Source of the DNA: Porphyridium purpureum
Taxonomy: Eukaryota
Direction: 5' to 3'
Length of the DNA: 64,000 nt
Assembly: GCA_008690995.1 (NCBI GenBank)
Contig: VRMN01000003.1
Span: 1,240,001 to 1,304,000 of the forward strand
A program made the translations under genes and the position numbers. The stretch's first letter is position 1, and every line of letters begins with the position of its first letter. A model generated the notes under the pieces. The model saw nothing but the letters and a program-made list of their open reading frames with translations, was not told where the DNA came from and did no database searches. Of the stretch, positions 21,217 through 31,586 are shown piece after piece.

Positions 21217-22125
21217 ATGGAGACAGTGGTGGAAGAGCGCCCGGCCGCACCGGCGGGGCCCGTGCGTAAGATGACCGAGGACCTGGCGAACAAGGCCACA
21301 GATGTGTATGAGAAGCAGATCAAGCCATCGCCGTACGTGAACATGGCGTCTGAAAAGTACCAGGAGGTGAAGAGGGCGTACCCTGCGACCATGGAGAACG
21401 TGGAGAAGACTGTCGGGGAAGTGGTGCGCTCCGCTCAAGGCACCGGGGGGAAGTTCGTGGAGAAAGTGGACCAGACGATTGACACCAACATCAAGAAGCC
21501 GCTGGACACAGTGTCCGAGTCAGTGGAGACAGTGCGCGTCCGCGCCAAGGGAGAGTGGGACCGCGAGGAGATGCAGGAGGTCAGGAAAAACTCTGCTTCG
21601 TTGTTCGGCTCGTTGGTGCAGCTTGTCATGGTGTATGTGGCCGCCGTGCTCACCTTTGTCGAAAAGCGCGTCGACTCGTACGTGCCTCCAGGTGCAGGAG
21701 AACCTCAATTTGAGGTGGAGCCCAAGGATGTGTGTGTATCCCAACGCTTCCTGACGCTGGTGGATACGGTCTGGGCAAGGGTATACTCCAAGTTGGCCGG
21801 CAAGGCCGGCATGGAGGTGCGCCCGCTGAAGGTCAAGGACACTAAGATTGATGAAGCGCTCAAGAGCGTCGTGTACGTGTCCATGGTTTCCAGCCTCGGC
21901 GTGTTCGAGTTCTTTGTGGATGCAGCGAGCGATTACTCGGGCCTAGGCGGACCTCTGGTGCGCACGGCGGCTTCGAGCTCGCGCGGAGCAGTGGACTTGG
22001 TCAAGCCATACTTGCCCGGAAACATTCCGCGCCCCGCAACTGGTGAGTCTGTCGGTGTTTTCCCCGGTGATAGCGCGCCAAGCTCCCAGAAAAGCTCGCA
22101 GAATAACCTTTCGTCGCAGGGATGA
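21217..22125 (+). CDS. Uncharacterised helical protein; candidate perilipin-like lipid-droplet protein
   Basis: Strong codon bias supports coding. Amphipathic N-terminal half. PYV...SEKYQEVKRAYP and VLTFVEKRVDSYVPP recall PAT-family motifs (from memory). Confidence 0.55.
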   Translation: METVVEERPAAPAGPVRKMTEDLANKATDVYEKQIKPSPYVNMASEKYQEVKRAYPATMENVEKTVGEVVRSAQGTGGKFVEKVDQTIDTNIKKPLDTVSESVETVRVRAKGEWDREEMQEVRKNSASLFGSLVQLVMVYVAAVLTFVEKRVDSYVPPGAGEPQFEVEPKDVCVSQRFLTLVDTVWARVYSKLAGKAGMEVRPLKVKDTKIDEALKSVVYVSMVSSLGVFEFFVDAASDYSGLGGPLVRTAASSSRGAVDLVKPYLPGNIPRPATGESVGVFPGDSAPSSQKSSQNNLSSQG

Positions 22126-22294
22126 GCAAAAGTCCTGCACGCGTGATTCAGTCCGCTGAGAAAAGACACCCATCTTTCTTTGAGCTTGTCTATTGGAGAT
22201 TTGTATTGGCCCCTTTGCTTCCGCGTTATCTGTGAATTTTAAAGGATTCTAATAGATTGTTTTATGTCTACTTTTCACGTGTTTCTGGGCCGCG

Positions 22295-23371
22295 TCACAC
22301 GGACTGGATTGTGTGACGCAAGCTTCCTTGATTGGTCGCACATTGCACGGTCTCACGTAAACGGCCGCCAATATCTTGGAGCTGAAGCCACTCGTCGGCC
22401 CCATCGATCATTTGTGCCTCGGCCTCGGCGAGCTTCAGAACTACAGCAGACTTTTGCAGGTCGGATAGGCCCGCTATGGACGCACGGGTATTTTCCTGGA
22501 TGCGCCTACCAAACTGTAGGATTAACTGTGAGACCGAGTAGCCATCGTCCACAATATTGGTCAAAACGAGACTCATGTCTTTAAAGGAGCATGAGCCCAG
22601 AACTGCCGCCTCAAAGTCATCCAGCACGCTCTCAGGCACCAGACACGCCGCAGTCACCAGCGCCTCGTCATCCATGTCCCCGCCGGGCCCCGCCATTCGA
22701 CTCGTGCTCTGCAAGGTCGTGATGGCACGACGCATATCGCCTTCGGAGGCTTCGCACATGTGATCGAGAAGCTGCGTAGAAATGCTGAGCCCTTCGCCAC
22801 TCGCAATGTGGGACAAGTGAGCGCGCATAGCACTCATCGGCAGCGGCATAAAACGGCATTTTGCGCAGCGCGAAGCCAGCGGCGCAATGATGCGACTGAT
22901 GTAATTGCAAATCAGAATAAATCGCGTGGTCAGCGAAAAGGTCTCCATGGTCCGTCGCAGCGCGGTCTGTGCGTCTGTCGTGATCGCGTCGGCCTCATCA
23001 AGTATAATGATTTTGAAGGCCGGGACAGCTCGACCGGTCTCTTTGTTGGTGATCCGGCCCTCCGGCACGGAGGTCTGCGCAAAGGTCTTGATGCGATCGC
23101 GCACCACCTTGATCCCTCGCTCGTCAGATGCGTTGAGCTCCAGCACCCTTGCTTTGAAATGCTGAGCGCCGAACATCTGCCGACACAGAGCCAGAGCCGT
23201 CGAGGTCTTACCCGTTCCCGGGGGTCCGTAGAACAGCAAGTGAGGCAAGTTCCCCTGCCCGTCGTCCAACGCGGAGCTCAGCATGCGCACCACTTCATCC
23301 TGATGCGCCACTTGCGCGACCTTTTGCGGGCGGTACTTCTCGCTCCACGGCATCATGTCGTTTCCCACCAT
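22295..23371 (-). CDS. RFC4: Replication factor C small subunit (human RFC4 / yeast Rfc2 type)
   Basis: Motifs [46 protein letters not shown] and GADEWLQL. Confidence 0.93.
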   Translation of the reverse strand: MVGNDMMPWSEKYRPQKVAQVAHQDEVVRMLSSALDDGQGNLPHLLFYGPPGTGKTSTALALCRQMFGAQHFKARVLELNASDERGIKVVRDRIKTFAQTSVPEGRITNKETGRAVPAFKIIILDEADAITTDAQTALRRTMETFSLTTRFILICNYISRIIAPLASRCAKCRFMPLPMSAMRAHLSHIASGEGLSISTQLLDHMCEASEGDMRRAITTLQSTSRMAGPGGDMDDEALVTAACLVPESVLDDFEAAVLGSCSFKDMSLVLTNIVDDGYSVSQLILQFGRRIQENTRASIAGLSDLQKSAVVLKLAEAEAQMIDGADEWLQLQDIGGRLRETVQCATNQGSLRHTIQSV

Positions 23372-23609
23372 CTTGGCGCACGGCCCGCGTGCAACCTCAC
23401 CCAACAAGCCTGACGCGTTCCTCCTGTCCCTTGTCCTCCTGACCTCGAGTGACTTGATGGCACGCGAAAGGTCGAAGCGAGCCGTCTTTCGCGCCAAAAA
23501 GGAAGAACGAAAAAAGGAGGTACAGTGACGGAACTGTACCGTAAATCGGAGGACAAGTCAGTGAGCCAAGCCGGGGTCTGGCGAGTCCGATGAGCGTCGA
23601 CGTAGCAGC

Positions 23610-24812
23610 ATGGTGAGGCGGTCTCCACAGTTCGTGAATGGCTCGTTCGCATGGTGTGTCCCGGCACCGCTCGCGACAGATCAGTCTTCCGGTGCCGTCG
23701 TGAGTTGGGACACCGATCATCGCGATGTGCGAGCACGCGTGCTCGGGCCTGATCGGCAGAAGGACCTTGGATGGATGCGAACGCGTCGCTTGGAAAGGAC
23801 GCGCTCGAGGAGGTGCCGTGCTGGGAGACTTTTCATGGATGTGAGGGAGAGGGCTGCGAACCACGAGATGTATGCACCGCCGACAGGATCCTTCTATGTC
23901 CTGGATGGAGCGAATCTGGTGTACAGGTGCTATCATGCCCTGGCACGCACCATGGGCGAGCGGCTGGACGCAAGCGGGGATGACACACAAGCCGTGTTCG
24001 GAGTCGTTATGCAGCTCACCAAACTTTTGAGGGAGCAAGTCGGCCACTCACCTCTGGCATTGGTGCTCGAGTCTACGGGTTCGTCGTCGCGCACCGCAAT
24101 GCACCCTGAGTACAAGGGCACTCGAAAGGAAACTCCTCAAGGCGTCGTCAGTTCGTTTCCGTACGTCGAAGCGCTCTTTGTGGCGTGCGGCTTTCCAGTG
24201 TACAAAGTGGACGGGTTCGAAGGGGATGACATCATCGCTGAGCTTGCTGTGCAAGCCGCCCGAGCGGGCCAGAAGGCCGTGATTATTTCCGGGGACAAGG
24301 ACTTTAATCAGTTGCTCCGACAAGACTCGATCGAGATTCTGAAACTCACGAACAAGGGATGTGTGCCATACGAGGAGGCCGATTTTCGCAGAGAATATGG
24401 TGACTTGCGACCCAGCCAATTTGTCGACCTGCTCGCATTGATGGGCGACACCGCAGACAACATTCCGGGTGTGAGTGGCATCGGTCCCAAGACCGCACAA
24501 AAGCTCGTGCTAGAGTATGATTCAGTCGAAGGTATATTTGACAACATCGACAACGTGCGCCCTCTTCGAACGCAGAACCTGCTTCTCGCTGCCGGTCGCG
24601 AGCGTGTGATTCTGTCAAAAGCGCTCGTAGCCTTCATTTCGGACGGCTTGTCAAATGACGCTGCGAGTCGATTCAAGTGGGGAGATGCACAGCTGCGGAG
24701 AGCCCCCGACATCGTTGCAGTGGATGACATCTTCAGTCGGCTGCGCATCGGGCGCAAAAAGCTGGACGCGCTTTGCACGTTGCTCCGCGCAGCAGGAACG
24801 AACACGCACTAA
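23610..24812 (+). CDS. Stand-alone 5'-3' exonuclease (PolA N-terminal / flap-type), probably organellar; copy 1
   Basis: Motifs LDGANLVYR, YKGTR, GFEGDDII, SGDKDF and GDTADNIPGV.GIGPKTA (H3TH). No polymerase domain. Start codon uncertain. Confidence 0.9.
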   Translation: MVRRSPQFVNGSFAWCVPAPLATDQSSGAVVSWDTDHRDVRARVLGPDRQKDLGWMRTRRLERTRSRRCRAGRLFMDVRERAANHEMYAPPTGSFYVLDGANLVYRCYHALARTMGERLDASGDDTQAVFGVVMQLTKLLREQVGHSPLALVLESTGSSSRTAMHPEYKGTRKETPQGVVSSFPYVEALFVACGFPVYKVDGFEGDDIIAELAVQAARAGQKAVIISGDKDFNQLLRQDSIEILKLTNKGCVPYEEADFRREYGDLRPSQFVDLLALMGDTADNIPGVSGIGPKTAQKLVLEYDSVEGIFDNIDNVRPLRTQNLLLAAGRERVILSKALVAFISDGLSNDAASRFKWGDAQLRRAPDIVAVDDIFSRLRIGRKKLDALCTLLRAAGTNTH

Positions 24813-25056
24813 ACAGCTATTTGAACCGAAAATCTCTTTCGCGGTCCATTGAAATGGGTTGCCACACCGTCAAGTTGAGACCGAAGCATCGACGCCGCAG
24901 CTTGCGGTGCATCCACTTCGGAGAGAGGTACAGCGCCTTACAGATGAGGTACTGTGGTCTCCAGTTTGCGTTTGACGGAATTCTGTGGGACGCGCGCCAT
25001 CGAAGGGAGTTGTATCTCACACGCGTGGGAATGCCCGGCGCGTCAACAACTGCACC

Positions 25057-26298
25057 ATGAATGCCCATGCGCTCCGACGCCCGCCCCGATGCTGGACGAC
25101 TCGCTTTAGACTGCGGGCTTGCACCGGATACGACCGCTCAGTGATTACGATGCATGTCGAACGGGCAACAGATCGTGCGGTTTACATGAATCGCGCGCGC
25201 GAGTTTGCGTCCGACCTTGTTCAGACAACCTCGACAGAGGCAATCAATGTGGCGACGGGAAGCGTGGATGTCTTGGTGAAAGCACAGGATAAAACCGGCG
25301 TGGTGCATGCGAATAACGTACTTGGACCTGTTTTTGCGCCAGCCACGGGCTGGTTTTTTATCATCGACGCGTTGAATTTGGTGTTCAGAAACTACTATGC
25401 ATTGGCTGGGCCGATGGGCGACCGTTTGGACGCCAGTGGGGATGACACTCAGGCCGCATTCGGGGTTGTGAATCAGCTGACGAAACTTTTGAGAGAGGAG
25501 GTGAAGCACGCCCCGCTGGCCGTTGTCTTTGAATCGACTGGCTCATCATTGCGAAGGAAAATGCACCCAGCTTATAAGGGCACCAGGAAGAAAACTCCTC
25601 CCGGAGTCCGCACGGCACTCCCGTACGTGGAGGCAATAATCAAGGCTTGCGGTTTCCCTGCATTTAAGGTCGATGGATTTGAGGGCGATGACGTCATTGT
25701 TCAGCTTGCGCTGAATGCAACCAGAGCCGGCCAGAAGTGCGTGATCGTGTCAGGAGACAAGGACTTTAATCAAGTGCTGAAGCAAGATTCCATTCATCTC
25801 CTTAAGCTCATGAACAAAGGTTATCAGAGGTACGAGGAGGCCGATTTCCGTAGGGAATTTGGAGGTTTGCGACCGGACCAGTTTGTCGACCTGCTCGCCC
25901 TAACGGGTGATGCAGCAGACAGCATTCCAGGAGTGAAGGGTATTGGCCCAAAGACGGCGCAAAAGCTCTTGCTGGAGTTCGAGACCGCAGAAGGTATCTT
26001 TGATAACATTGACAAAGTCAAACCTGTTCGCACTCAGAAGCTGCTCAGCGCAGCTGGGCGTGAACAAGTTGCTCTCTCGAAAGCGCTCGTGCGCTTTATT
26101 TCCGAGGGATTGGGGGATCATCCCGGGGCTCCATTCCGATGGGGAGACGGTCAGCTACGGAAAGAGCCTGACGTGATTGCGATGGATGACATTTTCAGCC
26201 GGCTCCGCATCGGCCGGAAGAAGCTCGACCCTCTGTGTGCTATATTGGAACAAGCGCGGCAGTCCACATCAACGACACCGCTTGAAGCGCCGAGATAG
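25057..26298 (+). CDS. Stand-alone 5'-3' exonuclease; tandem copy 2
   Basis: Same motifs (IDALNL, GFEGDDVI, SGDKDF, GDAADSIPGVKGIGPKTA) with a different N-terminal extension. Start codon uncertain. Confidence 0.9.
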   Translation: MNAHALRRPPRCWTTRFRLRACTGYDRSVITMHVERATDRAVYMNRAREFASDLVQTTSTEAINVATGSVDVLVKAQDKTGVVHANNVLGPVFAPATGWFFIIDALNLVFRNYYALAGPMGDRLDASGDDTQAAFGVVNQLTKLLREEVKHAPLAVVFESTGSSLRRKMHPAYKGTRKKTPPGVRTALPYVEAIIKACGFPAFKVDGFEGDDVIVQLALNATRAGQKCVIVSGDKDFNQVLKQDSIHLLKLMNKGYQRYEEADFRREFGGLRPDQFVDLLALTGDAADSIPGVKGIGPKTAQKLLLEFETAEGIFDNIDKVKPVRTQKLLSAAGREQVALSKALVRFISEGLGDHPGAPFRWGDGQLRKEPDVIAMDDIFSRLRIGRKKLDPLCAILEQARQSTSTTPLEAPR

Positions 26299-26414
26299 GT
26301 TATCGCCTGCTTTCAACTGTACGCTTGCCCGCACTCGCGTTTGTCTATTTCTTTGTGAGGAATATTTATAGGCTGCATTTCCAGCGCTGCTACGCCTGGT
26401 GCAATAGCTGCCAC

Positions 26415-27935
26415 TTACTTTGCCTGGTAAAACAAAATATAGCCAGTCTCCGTACTGGACATGACTTCTTGTGTGAGGCCGAAAACGTTCTGAAGCTCAG
26501 ACTCGTCCTTGAGCTCCACACATTCATCATCGAACAAGAGCCACTGATTGTAGGACTTGATCAGGCTCACATAGTGCCCATGATTAGGTCCAGATCCTAC
26601 ATGCACAACAACGCCAAACAGATCATATAAACAACTGCCTTGCGATTTGCTTCCCTTTGTGCCTTCGTCGTTTGTGGTCTCGATGCGAAGTTCCAAAGGA
26701 AAGACGACCCGATAGCTCAACTTCTTCAATTTTTGGAGCTGTTCAACGTACTTGAATCTTTTGAGATGAAGCGCTAGAACACGAGGAGCCACGTTGACGT
26801 ACATCCGGCGCTCTGCCTCTTGTAGTGATCCGCAAAAATCGCAATGGAACTTTTCCTCCCCGCGCAAGGTTTCTGTGGAAGAAAAATTCTTAAGACATGC
26901 CGATACACTCGAGTTCTGCTCGACATCCACGCTGAGATCCAGGAACGCTTCATCCCGCTTAGCAATCGATTCGCAGCAAAGGCATCGCACTTCGTTTGTC
27001 AGTCGGCCTTCAAAAAGCTCTTGCACAAATGTGCGCTGCGGTGGCTCTCCAGTGTCCATGCCTACAATGTTGCTGTTTGAAAAAGTTTTTGTTGCCTTCA
27101 GGGGCCGGGGCACCATCCCCAGTTTCCGGCGTTTCCGCTCAAGCAGATCACGCTGCAGGCACTCCGTCACATCGTTGAGCATGAAGTTCAAGAATTCATG
27201 TGCGTCTTGATGTTGATATCCGCTGAACAGATCATTTTCCCTCCGCAAAGTGGTTATGAAAGACTTGGGAGGCAAGGATCCGGTGCGCTTTTTTTGCGCA
27301 CTTATTTCTATAAACAGGTCTGTGAGCGCAGATAGCATGCTCTCTTCTTCCCGTGTCTCCGAAGCGGTCGCCGCCGCCTCGTTATTTGCACCATGCAAGG
27401 AGGCGCCCTCAGTGTCACCACCTTTTCTGGCGGCACCGCTTGTCTTGGTGGAAGCCGCTGTGGCCTTGTCCTGATTTCCACTCATGATCCCGCGCAGAGG
27501 CAACCGGAACTGAGACCCGCTCGAATTTCCATTTCCGTGCGCTTGTTGGGGTTGCTGCAGCTGGTGCTGCTGTTCTTGCCCTTGCTGCTGTTCTTGCTGT
27601 TGCTCTTGTGGATGAAGTGGTTGCTGCATTGGCTGCAGGGTATTGTGCTGGTTTGTGGCAACGTCTCCGTTCACAAATGGCGCTGCCCCCGTCGTCCCTG
27701 TACTGCTTGCGTTGGCCTGGATATTTCGATGCAAGTTGTCAATCTTGTTCTTATCTGCGCGGTACTCTATCAGAGCCTTTCTAAACGGCTCGCAAAAGTA
27801 AAGCGCCTGGAGCACGGAATTACAGTAGCACGTGTTGCCAAAGTTGTCCAGGCCGAAGTAGCGTTCATGCTCCGGCAAGTCTGACGCAAGCGCCTTGTCC
27901 AATTCCTGTCCTGTGGAGCTGGCCGAATTCCCCAT
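26415..27935 (-). CDS. Ubiquitin C-terminal hydrolase, USP12/46 (plant UBP3/4) type
   Basis: Cys box GLDNFGNTCYCNSVLQ, HQDAHEF and His box HVGSGPNHGHY. MGNSAS is a myristoylation-type start. Contains a polyQ-rich insertion. Confidence 0.95.
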   Translation of the reverse strand: MGNSASSTGQELDKALASDLPEHERYFGLDNFGNTCYCNSVLQALYFCEPFRKALIEYRADKNKIDNLHRNIQANASSTGTTGAAPFVNGDVATNQHNTLQPMQQPLHPQEQQQEQQQGQEQQHQLQQPQQAHGNGNSSGSQFRLPLRGIMSGNQDKATAASTKTSGAARKGGDTEGASLHGANNEAAATASETREEESMLSALTDLFIEISAQKKRTGSLPPKSFITTLRRENDLFSGYQHQDAHEFLNFMLNDVTECLQRDLLERKRRKLGMVPRPLKATKTFSNSNIVGMDTGEPPQRTFVQELFEGRLTNEVRCLCCESIAKRDEAFLDLSVDVEQNSSVSACLKNFSSTETLRGEEKFHCDFCGSLQEAERRMYVNVAPRVLALHLKRFKYVEQLQKLKKLSYRVVFPLELRIETTNDEGTKGSKSQGSCLYDLFGVVVHVGSGPNHGHYVSLIKSYNQWLLFDDECVELKDESELQNVFGLTQEVMSSTETGYILFYQAK

Positions 27936-28759
27936 GACGTTTCACGTCGACGTTTGCCGTGCGACGCGCGTCACGCCGAGACACCCACGCACGCACGCAC
28001 GATCGGCCTACCGCTGCTACGGCTCCCACCAAGTCCGCACACAGTGTATCGGACACCTCAACGACACGCACGACACGATCAGACACAGCGACACATTCGC
28101 ATGTCTTTTTCGCTTCTCCTCCTCCTTTGTATCCCCCTGTCCTTCACCCGTCGCATCACGCACACAACTTCTCACTTGGCCTCTTTCACTCCTGTCCTGT
28201 TCGCAAGAATCACAAAATGACCACATTCGAGAAGAAAAATCACTGTACACTACCACCAAATCCGCCCGACTCCTCTTTTTTTTTTCAGCTGTACCTTATA
28301 CGATGAATCCTGTACACAAACTTACCACTGTACTTGGGTTGACTGAGGTTTGTCCTTCGGGTTGTGGTTGTGCTCGGCTCGAAACGCATCTGCGTAAGTG
28401 CCTTATCGACACTCTGCGAGGCACTCACAAAAGCAAGCGGACCATAGGCCTCTTCTCCGCTGGCGTCCAGTCTTGCAAAAGCAGAAAGAAAAAGAACTGG
28501 TCGTCGATTTAAATCCGGGCACGCGATCAGCCCCGCGCACCCTAAAAACGGCCTTCGTCGACGTCTACCCCAACAAGCGCAGTTCTTTTCGTAGCGTCCT
28601 TCTTCGAGTTTGTCTCCCGATCTGGCCGAGCCTTTGACTCAGAATAAGGTGCGCCGCGAGGTCGAAAACCCCTCTCGCTCTTGGTGAAAGTAGCTGGTTG
28701 TCGGCGACTATCGTTAATTACGCAGCTTGCCTCTTTAGTCGATAACAACTGGACTTACG

Positions 28760-30421
28760 CTATAGCCGGCAGCGCTCAAGGTTCGGATCTGACACAACCA
28801 GCTTGGCCAGCTTGCTCTTCAGGCCCTTGCTCAAATACAGTCGCTGAGCACGAAGACACACCCGGTTCGAGTTCAGCTCGACATTCCACGCCTCCTTCTC
28901 ATTCTTGCGCATCGAATTCACGCTGAACGCTTTCGCCCATCTCCTCACCTTCTCCATGTACTTCAGAGCTTGCTCCGCCTTGTCACCGCTATTGTACTTC
29001 TGCAAGCACTCAAGGTATGTTTCCAGGTCTGGCTCTGCATCAAAGGGTACATGCACGCCTCCGGTCCGACGCACCAAGATGTTAAATAGTTGTGGGTAGT
29101 ACAGGAACGGGAACACTTCAATCACCGTCGTGCGCATCGGCAGAAAGATCGTGTTTGTCAGGCCCGCTCCGTGGCTGATGATCAGCAGGTCCGTGCTCTG
29201 CATCAGATCGATCTGCTCTCTCACGCTAAGTCCGTCGAAACTGCTCTCCAACACTTCTACGGCGCGGCCGCGCTCCCTGCCGGCACTCTTGATAATGTTG
29301 GTCAACTCGTCCACCTCCATGATCTCGCGGCCCCCGTGCAGGAAGTTCTTCGACGTTGCCGGACGATTCAGAATGGTGACACGGGCAGGGCACGCTGCGC
29401 GCGGACTTTTGTTTATCCCGTTCATCGCAAAGAACGGGTTCTGAGGGTCCACGGTCAAGTTGCCCCAGTCTGCGCCGGGAGCAAACGAAAACACCGAGCG
29501 CGCACGAACCGTCGTCATCTTGTCCGCCGTGTACAGCCCCGAGAAGCCAACCCCTTTCGGCGGAAAGAAGCCCAGCATCGTGCGCACCCAGTCGAGATAC
29601 TGGTACCGCTCTGCCCTCCCCTCGAGCCAGAATGCCGGCCGCACAAGGCCAGAATCTCTTTGCCATGTGCAGACTTCACCAGACGGCAAATAGCACTCGT
29701 AGTCTACGTTGTGCGACACGGACCGCTCCCCGAACACGACCTCGGCAAACGACAGCGCAGTCCAGGCGTCCTGAAAGAAGTGAGGAATATGCGTCCGAAC
29801 AGATAAGCCAGCTAGCACGTCCACATCATTCGAGTCCGACACGTCGCTCCTGTTGAACGGTTGCAAGACTGTGGACACAACTGGCAAGCTACGGGTGTCC
29901 ACGGGCTGCTTTTGCTGCCAGCCGCATCTCCGGCTGAGTTTCTCCATCAAAGGCTTGGTCTGAAAGGGGAGCACCATGACTCCGCGATCCGACACGATGC
30001 CAGCACCAAATACTCTGCATAGTACGCCCTTGATTGGACGCCCGTGCTTGATTTCAATGCTGTACGAGTAGATCTCAACTGCGCCATGAGGCACATGGCC
30101 AGATGCCGGGAAATCTTTCGCCCTGTTCGCGAGCGCGCGCTCGGATTCTTGGACCTTATCTCTTTGGTCAATCGCCTTCGTGACAGCACGTGGAAGCACA
30201 TTCACACTTGTCGTCACGCCTCTGATCACTTCAGCATCACGTATGATCTGGAATGATCTCAACGCGTGCAAGTATCCAAGTGCAGTCACAACAAGCGTGG
30301 CGGCGACCACCAACTTGAACGTCCGCGTGCCAGCATTTGTGTGCGCATCTTTTCGTGTCGCGGCACTTGCTCCACTACTGCTGCCTATCGCTTGGCCATG
30401 CCGAAACGACGTCGCGAGCAT
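28760..30421 (-). CDS. Glycosyltransferase family 61-like type II membrane protein
   Basis: N-terminal TM anchor, then H..HFF.D, ILNR and EQIDLMQSTDLLIISHGAGLTNTIFLP...VIEVFP. Confidence 0.85.
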   Translation of the reverse strand: MLATSFRHGQAIGSSSGASAATRKDAHTNAGTRTFKLVVAATLVVTALGYLHALRSFQIIRDAEVIRGVTTSVNVLPRAVTKAIDQRDKVQESERALANRAKDFPASGHVPHGAVEIYSYSIEIKHGRPIKGVLCRVFGAGIVSDRGVMVLPFQTKPLMEKLSRRCGWQQKQPVDTRSLPVVSTVLQPFNRSDVSDSNDVDVLAGLSVRTHIPHFFQDAWTALSFAEVVFGERSVSHNVDYECYLPSGEVCTWQRDSGLVRPAFWLEGRAERYQYLDWVRTMLGFFPPKGVGFSGLYTADKMTTVRARSVFSFAPGADWGNLTVDPQNPFFAMNGINKSPRAACPARVTILNRPATSKNFLHGGREIMEVDELTNIIKSAGRERGRAVEVLESSFDGLSVREQIDLMQSTDLLIISHGAGLTNTIFLPMRTTVIEVFPFLYYPQLFNILVRRTGGVHVPFDAEPDLETYLECLQKYNSGDKAEQALKYMEKVRRWAKAFSVNSMRKNEKEAWNVELNSNRVCLRAQRLYLSKGLKSKLAKLVVSDPNLERCRL

Positions 30422-30584
30422 CTCTTTTCCCTTCACACGCGCACATTAAAGTCTTGAAACATTGCGCACGCGCGCGCTGCTCTGAAACTGGCAATTTGGC
30501 GAAGGTTACACGTGCGCAACGTCGATCACTTCGCACGACGGACGGCGTTCACGGTCGAAGCGGGGTTTGGAGGGGACGGGCAAC

Positions 30585-31415
30585 ATGAACGGATGCGTGG
30601 GTTGTTTCTGTGCGCCGGGCGCAGCGGCACTGCCGCTTCCGTCTCGCAATGCGCGAGGGCCGGTGTGTGCCGCGAAGACGTGGCAGAGGAAGCAAGCAGG
30701 GGCGTCTCGTGCGCGGCGAGCGAACGTGGTGTGCGCCGTGGCAGGCAACGGAAGCAGTGGGTACGTCGCGCCGGCGGAGAACCGCGTCGCCCAAGTAGCA
30801 CGTACAACGAACGAGACCGAGGTGAGTGTTAGCGTTAATCTGGATGGTACAGGAAAATGCGACGTGGACACAGGGATTGGTTTTCTTGACCACATGCTGA
30901 ACCAGCTGAGCTCGCATGGGTTGCTGGACCTGAACATCCGCGCGCGAGGTGACTATCACATTGATGACCATCACACGAATGAGGATGTCGGTATTACGCT
31001 TGGTATGGCAATTGCTAAAGCTCTTGGTGACAAGAAGGGCATTCGCAGGTTCGGGCATTTCATTGCACCACTTGACGAGGCCCTTGTCGAAGTTGTACTT
31101 GACTTCTCGGGGCGCCCGCATCTTGAATACGGTTTGAAAATCCCCACTGAGCGCATCGGGAAGTTTGACACTCAGCTTGTGCGCGAGTTTTATTCAGCCG
31201 TAGCCGGCAATGCGCAAATCACGATCCACGTCCGCCAACTCAGCGGAATCAACTCGCACCACATTGTTGAAGCCTCGTTCAAAGCGTTTGCACGAGCCAT
31301 GCGCATGGCCCTTGAGCTCGACCCGAGGCGACTCGGAGGTATTCCGTCATCGAAGGGAGTGCTCACAGACGCACAAGGGCTGGAGCAGGCCAAAACGCAG
31401 AGCATGAATCATTAA
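30585..31415 (+). CDS. hisB: Imidazoleglycerol-phosphate dehydratase, plastid-targeted
   Basis: Motifs [39 protein letters not shown] and PSSKG, with a transit peptide. Confidence 0.97.
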   Translation: MNGCVGCFCAPGAAALPLPSRNARGPVCAAKTWQRKQAGASRARRANVVCAVAGNGSSGYVAPAENRVAQVARTTNETEVSVSVNLDGTGKCDVDTGIGFLDHMLNQLSSHGLLDLNIRARGDYHIDDHHTNEDVGITLGMAIAKALGDKKGIRRFGHFIAPLDEALVEVVLDFSGRPHLEYGLKIPTERIGKFDTQLVREFYSAVAGNAQITIHVRQLSGINSHHIVEASFKAFARAMRMALELDPRRLGGIPSSKGVLTDAQGLEQAKTQSMNH

Positions 31416-31586
31416 GTACGGGATGATAATGCGTCCTTGCAGGTATGGAACGATATTAAAGTAGCATAGCATTGCAAGTACCTTTCGGTTCCTTCGTTTC
31501 AATGCTGCTTTTGCGAAGGTCGCACTCCGTGCGCATGCTTCGTTTCTGGGCCAGATCAGGAATGCTGAGAATAGCAGCCCGTGCAC

